Assembly (NCBI GenBank): GCA_013239625.1
Contig: MU054187.1
Coordinates: forward strand, 5,279,757-5,343,756
Direction of reading: 5' to 3'
DNA: 64,000 nt
Source: Lama guanicoe
Lineage: Eukaryota
In this document: positions 1 through 12,666 of the stretch, one piece after another
How the letters are laid out: each line of letters begins with the position of its first letter
Numbering within the stretch: position 1 is the first letter of the stretch
Position numbers and translations under genes: made by a program
Notes under the pieces: generated by a model
What the model was told of the DNA's origin: nothing
Databases searched by the model: none
The model's input: only the letters and a program-made list of their open reading frames with translations

Positions 1-719
1 ATGCATTTAGGACTGGTCTCTTGGGCTGTATCAGGCCCAGCAAATGCTCTGTCTAAATGAATGTGTCTTGCATAGCAGGAGAACATGGTGTCTGACTTGT
101 CATAGAAAATTGGGAAATTATATAATTTTGTGAAGGATAATTACTTAAGATGTCATAGAAAATTTGGAAATGATATACTTTTATAAAGAAGAATTTCTTA
201 AGATTTTGAGGTGGGGAAAAATAGAATTATTTTTAAATGTAAAAGTGAAGAAAAATTGGCCTAATCTAAAGAACATATGGAAGAACACATTTCTGAATTG
301 CATCCTGCTGAAAAAAATCCTTCTCCAGTCTCAGTTTCTTCCCCCACCCCCTGTTATGCCAATTCCAGTTCCAAATATGTAAATCTCACCAATAAGATAT
401 CTGAGAATGTGGTTGTTCAACCAAAACCACACGGAAGATTTCCTGTCATTGCCAACTTTTGACTTCCTCTGGTTCTAGACCTCTCCTGTCAAGCCATTCA
501 AAGTCCTCACTGCATGGCTTGATGGCAGTGAAGCTGGAGATGGTAGTAGGAACATGTTTGTGTCTGTGTGTGCACACACACGCATGTCTATTTTGGCTGG
601 TATTGATGTTGGTAAAGAGGTGTGTTCAGTTTCAAAGAAAACACCAAATAGGTTAAGCAAAATTTCTGAGAGCATCAAAATACTATTCCATAGTTTACTT
701 GGAGGACATTAGCCTTGAC

Positions 720-870
720 TTAAGGAGGCTGTGTGCTCACACGGGAAAAGCATGGCCTTTGGTGACAGGGTCTTTGGATTCCAATCTCAGTTCTGTTGGG
801 TGACCTTGGAATACATGGCTAAGTTTTCTAGTTACTTACTCTGTACACAAGAGGATAACTGTTTCTATCA
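720..870 (+). mobile_element. MIR SINE relic
   Basis: Degenerate MIR core: 'ggattccaatctcagttctgttgggtgaccttggaatacatggctaagttttctagtt'. Confidence 0.55.
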
Positions 871-877
871 GCGTGCA

Positions 878-1135
878 TTTTTAAAACTTTAAATTTTGCA
901 ACAAGAAGTTGTAAAACTAGCACGAAATTAGTAAAAACAGCTCAAAAAAGACCTCATTTCACCTTAACGAATGCAAAATGAAAAATAGTTATGCAAAATA
1001 ATGCAAAAATAGCTACAAAAATAGTGCAAGAACAGCGCATTTGTTGATGAATAGCTCCATGTAATTTTATCGCATGCACAGATTGGTGTAACCACCGCCT
1101 AACTAGAATACAACACTGCCGTCACTGCTTGGAAG
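878..1135 (-). mobile_element. Old L1 (L1M) 3' UTR fragment
   Basis: 'aagaagttgtaaaactagcac...ccatgtaattttatcgcatgcacagattggtgtaaccaccgcc' resembles an antisense L1MC/MB 3' end. Confidence 0.5.
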
Positions 1136-1639
1136 CTCCGCAGGGTGGTTCTGGACGTTGAGTAACTGCACCAGCAAGTACACACACATAACTTTCTTCA
1201 AAAGGGATGATTTTATGACTTTTCCACCTCTAGGAATCTTAATCATGACACTTTAAGTAGGGTCTTTCTTGTTGTAAGACATTTTATCATATCCAAGAAG
1301 TGTTTAAAATGATGCCTTTTGGGAAATGACAAAAGGATTTGTTAAAATCTTCTGAGCTCTTTTTTGTAAATAGACTTCAATTTACTGTACTAGGAAGGAC
1401 TCTGAAGGTTAGAGATAGTTTGTGATACAACCAGAGAATTAGCGTTAAACCTGGTTTCTTCGCTCATCCAGCCAGCATCCTCTTCTGGGAGTCCTGTCTG
1501 GTCACATCTCTGCTGGAAGGCCATCTCAAGCTCAGGGCTAGGATTTTCTGTCATATGGTTCTTTATCTTTAGTAACTCAAGCTAGACTGCAGAGATTAGG
1601 AATTCTTCCTCTCATAAGTTCATTTGTTCTTCCACTGAC

Positions 1640-2000
1640 GTTTCCTGGGTACCACTCTGTGGTGAACACTGACCATGGTACCTGGACACAGGTGAATCCT
1701 TGCCATCACGGAGGGTGGAACTCGCAAGAGTGGAGCCTAGCGGAGAAGCGGTCTCAGTGCAGAAGGGGGAGGGTTAAGGGTGCACTGGGCGGTGTGGAGG
1801 CTGCGGGGAGGGAATGGAGCCTAGACCTAGAGAGAGTCTTGAAAGTTTTCACTAATGAAATGACACTTAGGCTGAATTCTGAAAAGCCCAAGGAAATTAT
1901 CTAAGCAAAGGGATAAAGGAAGGGAGTCACAGACAGAACAGAGAAACAGAGGCACAAATGAAAGTGGACATGTGGTCTGGACTTGAACTAGGGTGGGCAG
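1640..2000 (-). mobile_element. L2 LINE relic
   Basis: Purine-rich L2-type text 'gaaatgacacttaggctgaattctgaaaag...atctaagcaaagggataaagg'. Confidence 0.5.
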
Positions 2001-3680
2001 AGGCAGCAGGTGAGCTGGAGAGGAGCCCAGGCCACACAGGGCCCTGGTGTCCCCCTGCCTGTAAGGACAAGGAGCCTCTTTGTGTAGACTTGGGACACTT
2101 TGGCAACGCTGTTTGGCCCCAGGGCCCTGTGCAGAGGGGGGCCCTTGTCCTTAGCGTGATGTCAGGAATCTCCTGAGGCCCAGCCAGCATACAGTGTGGG
2201 CTCTGATTCTAGAATGTTCCTGCTTTTGCTGTGATTGTGTAATGTTCACCTTTGTTTTCCCTCTGCTTTGATTTGATTCCTTTTAACTTAAAAGGAAACC
2301 TCCAAAAAGAATTTGGGCTTATACACACTATATTCGTTTCCGTGTTTTTTTTTTTTAAATGAGTTTTATATTCCTATTTCTGCTTTTTTAAAACATAAAT
2401 TTGAATTCTGAAAAACAGAGTACCAAGAACCAGTTTACTTTTTCATTTAATGTGGAAAAGCTGTAACAAGTGATACGGATACTAAAATAGTCACATAGGA
2501 GTTTCAAAACACAACACAGGAAGGAGTGGAACGCTTCGTGTGTTTCTTCCAGAGGAGCAAGAAAAATGGTGAACTGAAACAAGTCTCAGGACACAGATTT
2601 GATAATGCCTAAAGAATATTAACTCTGACACCAGTCAGTTACCAGAAATGACTAATTTTATTAGAGCCTTTGAAAAGAACTCTACGCCCCAAGTGTTTAT
2701 ACAAAAGCTGTAAAGATTTGATGTGAGCGCTCTCGAATACAGAATATTTTCCTATTCCTCATCTGTCTGGTTATGGCTACAGTTTGACCTTTATGTCGCT
2801 CTTGCAGAGAACACTCTTAACCCTGTCTTGAAGTTTCTATCTCAGAGTATTTTTGAAGCAACTGCACGAGTTCAATATTACGAGTGGTGTTAAACTCCTG
2901 TGTTGCCCTTAAAACAAGGATTTTGAAAGGGTCTATTTAGATATTTCTAGCTACTGTTTTGCTAACATTTGTTCAGTTTAACAACTCTCTCTCTGTGTCC
3001 ACCATGGGGAAACACAAATTTGCCATTCTATCCAGAGACCATGGAAGGGCCAAATCTGGGCCATCCCTTGAACGTACCAAAGCAAGTATTTTCAACGTTC
3101 CAGGGAGTACTGTGTGCTAGATTTAGCCAGCGATTGCTTGGATTAAATGCTCAGGATATGAAACGTCTCTCCATCTCTTATTAACAAAGCCACGCCCTAG
3201 AGGGGCTGGGGGGTGTCTCTTACTACTATTTTCCTCTGAGTCCTCGCTGTGTGTTGAATGCATATTCAGTGCATGAAACAAAGGTAATTATCTCTATGAT
3301 GCCAAATATGTAATAAATTCAGTACATTTGGTCAAAATTTTAGCTCTGACTTTAAAAAAATTATACATAAAATGATTTTTTTGAAGTAAAAATATTTCAG
3401 TGGCTGAGTGTCTCACCTTAAAACTGTCTCATAATCAATAATCATTATTTGTCTCATAACGCCTTTTCAGATGATTTAGATGATTTTAGGTGTCTACTAT
3501 TAAAAATAAAGGTAAGAATTGCCAATAAATCTGATCAGAAAGTCCACGTGGACCACCTAAGCCTCATAGTCCTCTCCAGGACCTGAGTTGGCCACCTGGC
3601 ATGATGACCAGCCCTGGCTGTCCGCAGTAACGAAGTTAATCAAAGAGATTCCAACTCACTCCTATCCTTAGCAATTTATC

Positions 3681-3701
3681 TAGGGTTAGGGTTAGGGTTA
3701 G
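3681..3701 (+). repeat. Short interstitial telomeric repeat (TTAGGG)~3.5
   Basis: Exact 'tagggttagggttagggttag'. Confidence 0.85.
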
Positions 3702-5225
3702 CGAGGTGTATGAAATTACAGGTAGATGAGTGGAAATAAAACGATTATGATTCATCTGTGGTCGGTATTTTCCCAAAGTGGAATTCATTTAAATTAATTC
3801 ATCATTTGAAAAGGAAATTGTCTGAGTGCACGGAAGATCTCTCCAACTCCAGTCACCTAGAGCAACAAGTTTCCAGGTTTAAGATTAGAAGAGGCATGGG
3901 TTGTTTGTGCTGGTTCTCACTCTTGTGACGACTGCTGTAACGAGGACGGATTCACGTTGTGCCTTTTTCTTTCCCTTTGCCACTTTCTGTCACAAGAACA
4001 AGACATGAGACTCTCAATGGCTAGTGTTATCCGTGAAAGGCGGTAAACTGTCCTGCCTTCACCTTTTACACAGCCTCCCTTTGATTGACTCGCTCTTCTG
4101 CCCCTTTCTTCTACGCTACCAATGGTGCTAAAAGACAAGACGGAGATGGCTGCCTAATGAAATGGGAGAACATTAGGGAGGTCAGAGCTGTGGACCTGAC
4201 TGCTGGCTTTCACAGCACGGACGAACCAGTTTTTGTTTTTGTTTTTTAAAGAAGAAAACTTACTCTTGTGACAAAGATTACAATAAGAATAGAAAATGTC
4301 AGATCAAGGTGACAATGATGGTGACAATGAACATCGCACAGACGTTACCCTTTCTCTTTCGTGTGGTGCCACTTGGGAGCTGAACTTGAGAATTCTGAAA
4401 CCGGGGGCTGGGTGAGGGGGGAAGCAAAGGAAAAGGGCAGCATGATGTCAGAAGAATCAACACTGAGATGACCACCCAAGGTATAGACGTGTCTCAGTGA
4501 CAGAATGTGGGTGGTTTTAAGGAAAGGTCTGGTAAAACTGGTGTGCAGATAAACCACACAGAGTTAAACAGGCATCCCCTTTCAATACTTTCACTGAGTC
4601 TGACATATCAGACTGTGAACCTTTCTTTATTATGTAAATAATAAAACCGATTTCTAAGTACATGAAAACCGGTAAGTAGGTCATTCAAAACACACAATAG
4701 ATTGATTATTATTTTTTTCTGTGACAACAAATGACAAATTACCCGATATTTCTTTCTGGGTCATTTGCTAGCATGGAATCCTGAGCTGAAACTTCCTGTG
4801 CACCCAAATCCTGTGGAATTAAACTGAGTTGAATTTTAAAAAATTGTTGAGAAGTAGTAGCAGACAGAAGTAGCCTGCCTATTAAAAGTGAATCTGAGTG
4901 ACACCTCAATCTGTGTGACAGTTAAAGTAACTATTACTAAAACAATAATATAATCAGGAAACTGAGTAATATCTCAAGACTGCTATGCCTTTACTGAGAA
5001 ACACAACCGACTAGTAAGATGAAAACCTTCGGGTTAGCTCTCTAACTTGATAATTCATATGTTTAGATATTTAGTGTGTACCTAATGTTTACAACCAGAG
5101 CTGTGGCCCTGAGACTGCAAATTCCACCTCTGCCAACAACTCTTTGCCAAAGCCCTATAAAGTTTGCATAGTTTCCAAAAAAAAAAGTAGAAAGAGTTTT
5201 ATATGTTTATACTTTTTTTTATGAC

Positions 5226-5700
5226 TTTTTAAAATTGAGGTATAACTGAAACGTTATGTTAGTTTCAGGTGTACAGCATGGCGATTGGATGTTTGCATAT
5301 ATTGTGAAATGATCACCACCATAAATCTAGCTCACATTTACCATGATATGTGGTTACAAAGGGTTTTTCTCTTGTGATGAGAACTTCTGAGATCTATGCT
5401 CTTAGCAGCTTTCATATATGCAAAACAGTAATATTAAGTATAGTCACCATTACAGCCCCAGGACTTATTTATTCTATAATTGGAAGTTGGTTGCTTTTGA
5501 CTCCCATCACCCATTTCCCCCCACCCCCCCCAAAGCCTCACCTCTGACAACCACCAAGCTGTTCTTTGTATCTACGAGTTTAAGATTCAGCCTATAAGTG
5601 AGATCATGTGGTTTTGCCTTTCTCTGTCTGACTTACTTCACTTAGCATAATGCCTTCAAGATCCATCCATGTTGTTACAAATGACATATTTATGATTTTT
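5226..5700 (-). mobile_element. L1 3' UTR fragment (L1MA9-like)
   Basis: 'aaattgaggtataactga...tagtttcaggtgtacagcat...gtgatgagaacttctgagatctat...tctctgtctgacttacttcacttagcataatgccttcaagatccatccatgttg'. Confidence 0.85.
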
Positions 5701-8149
5701 CATTAGCCTTATACATATTGGGAAGGGATAATCAACAACAGACTGATTTTTAGACTTCAAAAGACAAGGATTTTGATTGGCTAAGTTTTTTTTGTTTTGT
5801 TTTTTGGTGTGTGGTTTAATAGGAGTATTTTGAACTGAGAGCAGCAGGGTTATGATCCGCAAGTTGAGACCCCTAAGTTTACTTACCCCAGAGAATGTGG
5901 GGTTTCTTTTCCATTTGCAGGAAGATCCTCAAAGATCAAGGCTGAATCTCAGCTTTAAGCAGAAGGATTAGTTCCAAAAGACGTGTCCATATGCTGTGTT
6001 GGTATTTACATTGCACGGTATTATGTAACAGAAGCAGCAAAGCCTGCAAGTTCCGGAATACACAGGCTTGGGAAAACCATGGTAAAACACAGTTCGATCT
6101 CCTCCATGCAATATACTTTTAAGTCTGCCATCACAATAGGAATAAAAGGAAGTTTCTTTGGCTGGAGTTTTTAGACTGTCAGCTCCTTGAAGGAAGGGAC
6201 CAGGCATGCTCATCCCCAGCACAGGGTCAGCCGTCTAGCAGGTACTCAATCAATATTTTATGACTAGACAAATTAATGGCTCTATTAATGAGACACGTGA
6301 TCCGTAGTCTCCGAAGGCATTCGCATCTCACACGCTCAAATACGGCGGGGCAGCTCCCTTGCAGTTTTTCAAGGACACCTCCCATGATGCTAGAAGTCGG
6401 GGGAACAGCAGGCACACCTGAGCTCCCATCGGCAGGACAGGAATAGTTGCTGCTATTTTGCAAGTAGGCATTTGATTTGTGGCATATTTCTTCCCGTGGT
6501 TTTGATTTTAGGACTTTTAGAAGACCGTGCCCCACAAACGACTTCAAAACTCTACAGAAAAGCTTGAAAACTAAGGCCAGGACCCTGTTACAAGGCAAGT
6601 ATCCCTGGGCGGGGAGGGGAACACCCAGCTCCCTCACTGGTACAATGTCTCCGGGGTAACTTTTTCACCAGGTCCTGTGCTGCAGACGGGCTTTCAAGAG
6701 AGGAAAGGCAATGATGGTTGAAGACACTGGAAACTGAGAAGTTTGGAGATGTTGAGACAAACTCCATAGTCACAATGTAAGGGGAGCACAGACACGGAAA
6801 TGGCATCTTGTTCGAATTATTGGAATTAATACAGATGATTTTCCTTTAGGAAAAGGACATTTATCTGGGATTCAGTGGCAATACATTTTCTCAAAACAGA
6901 ATTTAATTTTTTTCTCCTGGTTCTGTTTCTGCCTGCACTGAACTTCCTGCCTCACTTACCTAAAGCCCTCCCATGAACAGAACCCTGGGGGCTTTTCCCT
7001 TCTCCCCTACCGGTCAGCTACTCACCCAGAGGTGTGCAAAGCTGGGAAAGTCTAATGTATGTCTTCATTTATGATTTTAATTCTTATCTACTTCACAAGG
7101 GAGAAGCAGTTTTCTTTCTTAGCCTCGGTAAGTGTTGAAAAGAGCATTTATATTCTTAATTTATGTTCTGAAAGCATGTCGGTTTTTGTCTTTGTCATTT
7201 AGAAACCGTGGTTCACAAACAAGTTTGGGTACATTAGCAGCCCTGGGGGATTATTACCATTGGGGTGGCTCTGGGTTTGATGAAGAAGAAGTGCCCATAA
7301 CATCTTGAGAACAAGCAAAATGTTTTGAAACGACATGAAAGGGATTTTGATATGATCTGGAATTCTCTGACTCACTTGGAGGCCAAATCCTATTCAACGC
7401 TTTACAAGCCAGTGTGAGTGATGAGAGATCATCTGTCTCTTCAGCACGTGTCCATTTGTTCTAACCTCCTGCCTAATTTAATGTGAATATTCAAATTGAT
7501 CTTTATTCTTCCACAGTCTCATGGATTGCCCTTGAAACATGTCAGAGAATCTGGTTGATGGGGTAGCTTTTCAGCACCATGATTCTTGCTTTTAAAGGAT
7601 TCCAATTTTATTACAAAAAGGCAAAATCACTTTTTGTAGATCTAATCCTGATGAAAAATTTAAAAACCATTAGAGTCAAGACCACATTAGGTCTAATCAT
7701 GGCAAAGAAGCAGGTGATTGATGGAAGAAAGGCACCGTGATCTTCCTTTCATGGACCCAGTGTTGAGAAATTTAGAACTGTGTATAAATTCATGAGCCTG
7801 CTTTACCTTTTCAGACTGGGTGACTACTAATTATAAACTTTTCAGAACAAAACAGGAAAAGACATTCTTCTACCTATTGTCTGCTCTCTTCAATTCAGCA
7901 AAAGAATTGAGTCAAATATCCTGTTGGCTGCCAAGTGGTTGGGAGGTGACGCACTTTTAGTTTCAGGGAATCTAAAGGATGTCTGTGTCAGGGACCAGAG
8001 ATATCGCCTCACTGAGCTCTGTCCATATGGAGACACTCATATGAAGGAACTGCCAATAGCTGGCCATGCAGCCTCTGCTTGCATGTGCTCAGGGATATGG
8101 CACTATTTACTTTTCAAGGAAATCCTTGAAAAAAAGAAAAAATTTTCTT

Positions 8150-8610
8150 TTTGAGTTACCCTTATTGCTAGAACAATCTTTCTGATCCAACATAAAACTG
8201 CTTCCCTGTAATTTCCAGCCCTTGCACGTGTTTCCACTTTCTGGAACATCACTGAAGAGACTGAATTTCACACAGAGATTATTCATATATGTGGCGTGCT
8301 GAGTTTCAAAATCAAACATTCTAAGCTTCTTCAGTTGCGCCTCACATATAATGGTCGAGAGACTTGTCTCCCTTGCCTCTCTTTGGATGTGCTCTAGATT
8401 GCCAATGCCCTCCTGAGGTACACTGGCCAGGACTGAACACTGGCTATGTATCCAACTGTCATCTGAATAATAGCGTATGGTGGTTCTTTCACCTCCTTTA
8501 ATCTGAAAACTATACTTCTTATGATGTAGCCTAGAATACTTTATCCCTTTCAGCACTTGCCAAATGAGCTCATGATAATCTAAAAACCCAAGTGGTTTTT
8601 CCATCAAGAA
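8150..8610 (-). mobile_element. CR1/L3 LINE relic, C-terminal ORF2 region
   Basis: ORF 8107..8715(-) reads EKPLGFLDYHEL...GIGNLEHIQREA...EAQLKKLRMFDFE...LFSDVPESGNTCKGWKLQGSSFML, colinear with the CR1 motifs EKDLGVLVDHKL / DIDKLERVQRRA / EERLKELGLFSLE / GRTRxNGWKLQxGRFRL as I recall them. Confidence 0.8.
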
Positions 8611-9029
8611 GTCCTGATGTATCAGCAGCCCTCCCTCTGTCTCAGTGCAGGCACTTGAAGGATAAACAATTATACTAAGGACAGTGCTCACATTTTTATA
8701 GGGTGATAAAACCATAGTATTTTGGAATTAGATATGACTTCAGATGTCCTCTGATATGATCCTTAAATTCCACAGAGGAGAAAATTGAAAGTTTGGAGGA
8801 AGTAATTGCGTTGACCAAACAGTACATATCGGGCTGGGTGAGGGCCTCCATCTTTGGATTGGCTGAGAACAGAAATATGGTTTAATAACTCCTTAACTAG
8901 GACAGAAAAGGACCAGTCTACTCAGCATTAGTAAAGCCAACTGGTTGAGCCCACAGGCCAATTTTAATCATTATTATCCTTATATTACTTTAAGCAAGCT
9001 ACGTCCAGCTAGAGGCTTGACTGGCAGAA

Positions 9030-9330
9030 GGCAGCTCGACGGTTCTTAAAGGTAAAAGCGCGGAACTGTTTTGTCGCCGTCTGAACGCCCAGCGCCGGGG
9101 CACGTTAGGGTCTCCCTGGGATTATTCGTCTCTGTCATATTTTTTTTTTCTTTTTGCTTCTTTCAAGTGGTGCAAGGACAGAGCAGCAGAAAAATTGATG
9201 CAGTAGAACCAGGAACAGGAAACCACAGAAGAGAAACTGTTTCTTTATCTTGCTCTCTGGCGGTTATTCCTCTTATAACTGTGAGAGGAACTGAGGCGCT
9301 TTGCTGTCAGATAAGCAGCGAGAGGCGCTT
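9030..9330. promoter_or_regulatory. Candidate haematopoietic enhancer (CpG-retaining; ETS, RUNX, GATA, PU.1, MYB, MEIS motifs)
   Basis: ACAGGAAA 9215-9222 overlapping AAACCACA 9220-9227; TTATCT 9245-9250; CGGTTA 9261 and TAACTG 9276; AGAGGAACTG 9284-9293; CTGTCA abutting AGATAAG 9304-9315. Confidence 0.55.
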
Positions 9331-9599
9331 TGATGAGGTTGAGTACAAACTCCCTGAACATCGAGAATTCATTTTAAGGGAAAAGACAATTTCAGGATTA
9401 GCAGAGAAGGACAGAATTGTGCCCCAAGTTAGTTGTTCCTAGTGGGAGGCGGAAAAGCTTGACACAGTCTGGTCGCAAGGGTGTCTGCTAACCCAGCCGT
9501 GCCCGTGGAACTGAAGATACTCAGGTGCCAGTTCCGGGGATGTGGAAAGCTTCCAGGGCTTTCAAGGAATGCTGCCCAAGATACCATGATGTGAAGTCC

Positions 9600-9830
9600 A
9601 GGTTAATAATCACGGGTATGTTGGTAAGAGCTTGGCTGATCTCTTACTATGTATCTCTGTGCAAGTTAGTTCTCCCCTCTAAGTGTCACTTCCTTGAATG
9701 AAAGATGGAGATCAGGCTGCAAATGTTATCATTATTATGAACCAACTTCAGAAACTTGTTATGAAGATTAAATAAAATCATGCTTCTACAGAGCTGGGTA
9801 CCCAGTACACATCCCATACGTATTGACAAC
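9600..9830 (+). mobile_element. MIR SINE relic
   Basis: 'cttactatgtatctctgtgcaagttagttctcccctctaagtgtcacttcc...gttatgaagattaaataaaatcatgc'. Confidence 0.6.
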
Positions 9831-10745
9831 CCTGAGGATTTCTTTAGAAGTTTCTCTACAATGCTATCTTTATAAATATGATACTATTTAGATACCATAT
9901 ATATATATATATCTATATATGATTTTAAAATGTCAGCAAAATGTGAGAATCTGCTGGGACAGGCTGGATTTTATGGGCTGGCAAACAGGACGTAATGTAT
10001 GTAGCAGAGCACCAGGAAGGGCTGAAGTGTACGCCTTGTCAAAGGACGGTCTGGAATAGCATGTAAACCATCAGATTAGGGGAGGAGGTCAAGTATTCCA
10101 GGAGGTTAATATACAGTGAACACCTGTTGTGTTTCATTATTTTGTTTAATCCTCTGACCCAGTTAACGAAGTCAGTACCAACAGTATTCCATTTTCAAAC
10201 AGGGCAGTCAGGGCTTCAAGCCGCCTTGTGAGATGATACCCTTAGCAAGTGACAGAGATGTTCAGACACACCTGGTAATTGCCATTCAGGTCAAGTAACA
10301 GCTGAAGACCTTCTGTCACCTAGTGGCAGTACACTCAAATTGCAGGCTTTGTTCATTTGAGGACAAAGACATTTCACATTCACAGTTTCAGCCCAAACCC
10401 AAGATTCTGAAAGGTATAGGGAATGTGACTCACTGTTTGTCACCAGTCGACCAAGAAATTGACCGAGAGGTATCACATCTCCTGGTCTTGTCTTTAGAAA
10501 AACTGGGGTGGGAACTTTACCAGGTTTGTCATCTTGGACAAGTTTAACCTCTGGAAGTGAGCTTTATTTCCTCTCACGTACAATAGTGATAAAGGTTCAT
10601 ACTCTTCAAGTTTTTTAATGCATTAGAAATAATGCAGATCCAAAGAACTTAGCACAGATCCTGGCACATACCAGCCAGAGGCTCAGTGAATATCAACGTA
10701 CTTGCTTCATGGGTACATTTAACTTCCCTAAAAGCAACTGTGGAC

Positions 10746-10811
10746 CGAGAAGGAGGAGGAGGGGTGGGGGGAGGAGGAGGGAGGGGGAAAGGAGAGAAAA
10801 GGGGAGGGAAA
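10746..10811 (+). repeat. Polypurine GGA/G-run tract
   Basis: About 65 nt of almost pure purine: 'gagaaggaggaggaggggtggggggaggaggagggagggggaaaggagagaaaaggggagggaaa'. Confidence 0.85.
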
Positions 10812-12666
10812 CGGACGGCTCAGACCGAAGGCGGTAGGAAGCTAATAATGATTGGTTGGATAAGTGTCTATTGCTAGAAATTAAAGTTCTATTTAAGTGA
10901 CTTTGTGGAAGTAATTTTGGCAATTTCTTCCATTATACAGATTGACTGAAAAAAAAAAAGAAACGTGATATGTTCTCCACTGTATTAGTAGTAACAACAA
11001 TAATAGTAAAATAATAGTATAATAACATTACAATATATATTGACATATTACACGTCGTATATCACATGTATAATGGCCTAATCAAACTGTCTCTATTTTA
11101 AAGGTGTAAATGAAGACTCAGCAAGGTACCACTGAGAAGTTCAATGTCTGGCCAATAACTGATGCTCTGAAATGTGAGTTCTCTTCTTCCTTTTTCTAGG
11201 CACATCCCTGTAAAATTCCTACTGTGTCACTCACCTGTCAGAACCTTCCAAGAGGCCCTTGAACTGTCATTTACATATCATGGTTTTTAATCCCCCATAG
11301 AATGTTGAGAGTTTTTTGCAAAATGATTTGACTATTTGCTTTCCCGGAGCTTTAAAACAGAATTATTTTCTTAGTGATTATGGACTTAATTTGGAAGGCA
11401 TAGGAGTAACTAACATTGAAATATGGGAACACTTAAATTCCACCTCTTTTTTAAATTCAATTAGAAAATTAATCATAATCTTTCATTGTTTTGGTCTACC
11501 TTCAATATCTAAACCTGTCTTTCACTCCCTAAGTTTTTGTCATCTAGGTTTGTTACTGTTTTGATTAATCTGACATTTTGTAGTAAAGTGTATTCAACAT
11601 ATATACATATATATAATATGTATTTATGTGTTATTTAAAAGTTCAGTTCAATGATGAGACAGTAAGCTACTTCTTTACCTGCTCTCCCAGGTAATTCTAG
11701 CATGCCTGAGGCATCTAAGCCCTGGAGGCGAACTCTGAATTGTCAACTGTTAAATTTTCCACCCTCAGCTCTTCTAGAGATCATGACACCAGATGAGAGA
11801 GATCAGATTGAGAACGACAGGTGTTGATCTCACATGGGTCACTGCAAATGTGCCTTTTCACTCTGACTCAGGCGCTCCTTAAAACATACAAACAGCACTG
11901 CACCAAGCAAGCCGAGCTCTTCGCTCTGCACGTGCAGTCTGGTCGCTAGTGCCACTGAAACCCTCATCTTTATCTCTGTGCCCCTATCATCAACATTTAA
12001 TAAACAGATAACTCTTGCTTGAGTTGCATTGCAAAAATGGTAACTGCAGATTCTGATCCTGCGTTCATCTGCCTGGGGGAGATGTGTTCTTATCCATCCA
12101 CTGTGGTCACAGAATAGAGATATTACATGTCTGACTGATAAGCAGTCACAGGCGCTGACATTACCAGAGGTGTGCACGGTGGGGGCATCACCTCTGTCCG
12201 TGGTTACCTGCAATGTACAAAGGTCTCTCCTCCAGATGCACCTGTTGAAATTCCTCCCTTATTCCCCAGCTCAGATGACTCTTCTTCTAATAAGGTTTAT
12301 GAGATCCTTCAGGCACAGTTAATTGTTTCTGTTTCCGAATTTTTCAGTATTTATCAGTCTGTTTGATATCAGACTGGTGGGAATCCATCACGGGGATGAG
12401 TGTGCAGCACAGAGTAGTTATGGGAAATGAGAGATCTTCCTTGCCCCAGTCTCTTTTTCCTGCTGTCGGCCTCCAGGGTCCTGCCATCCCCTCTCGCAGG
12501 TGGGCCACGGCACACTGCCCCTGGGGTGCTCGCCCCCCTGGGGAGCGGACACAGGGCTCCCATCTCTTCCTCCGTCTGGCTCCCCTCACAGACTCCTTGT
12601 TGTAAGTGTTGTCTGCTAATCATTTAAGAGAAACAGACAGAAGATCAGAATAGGACACTATTAAGA

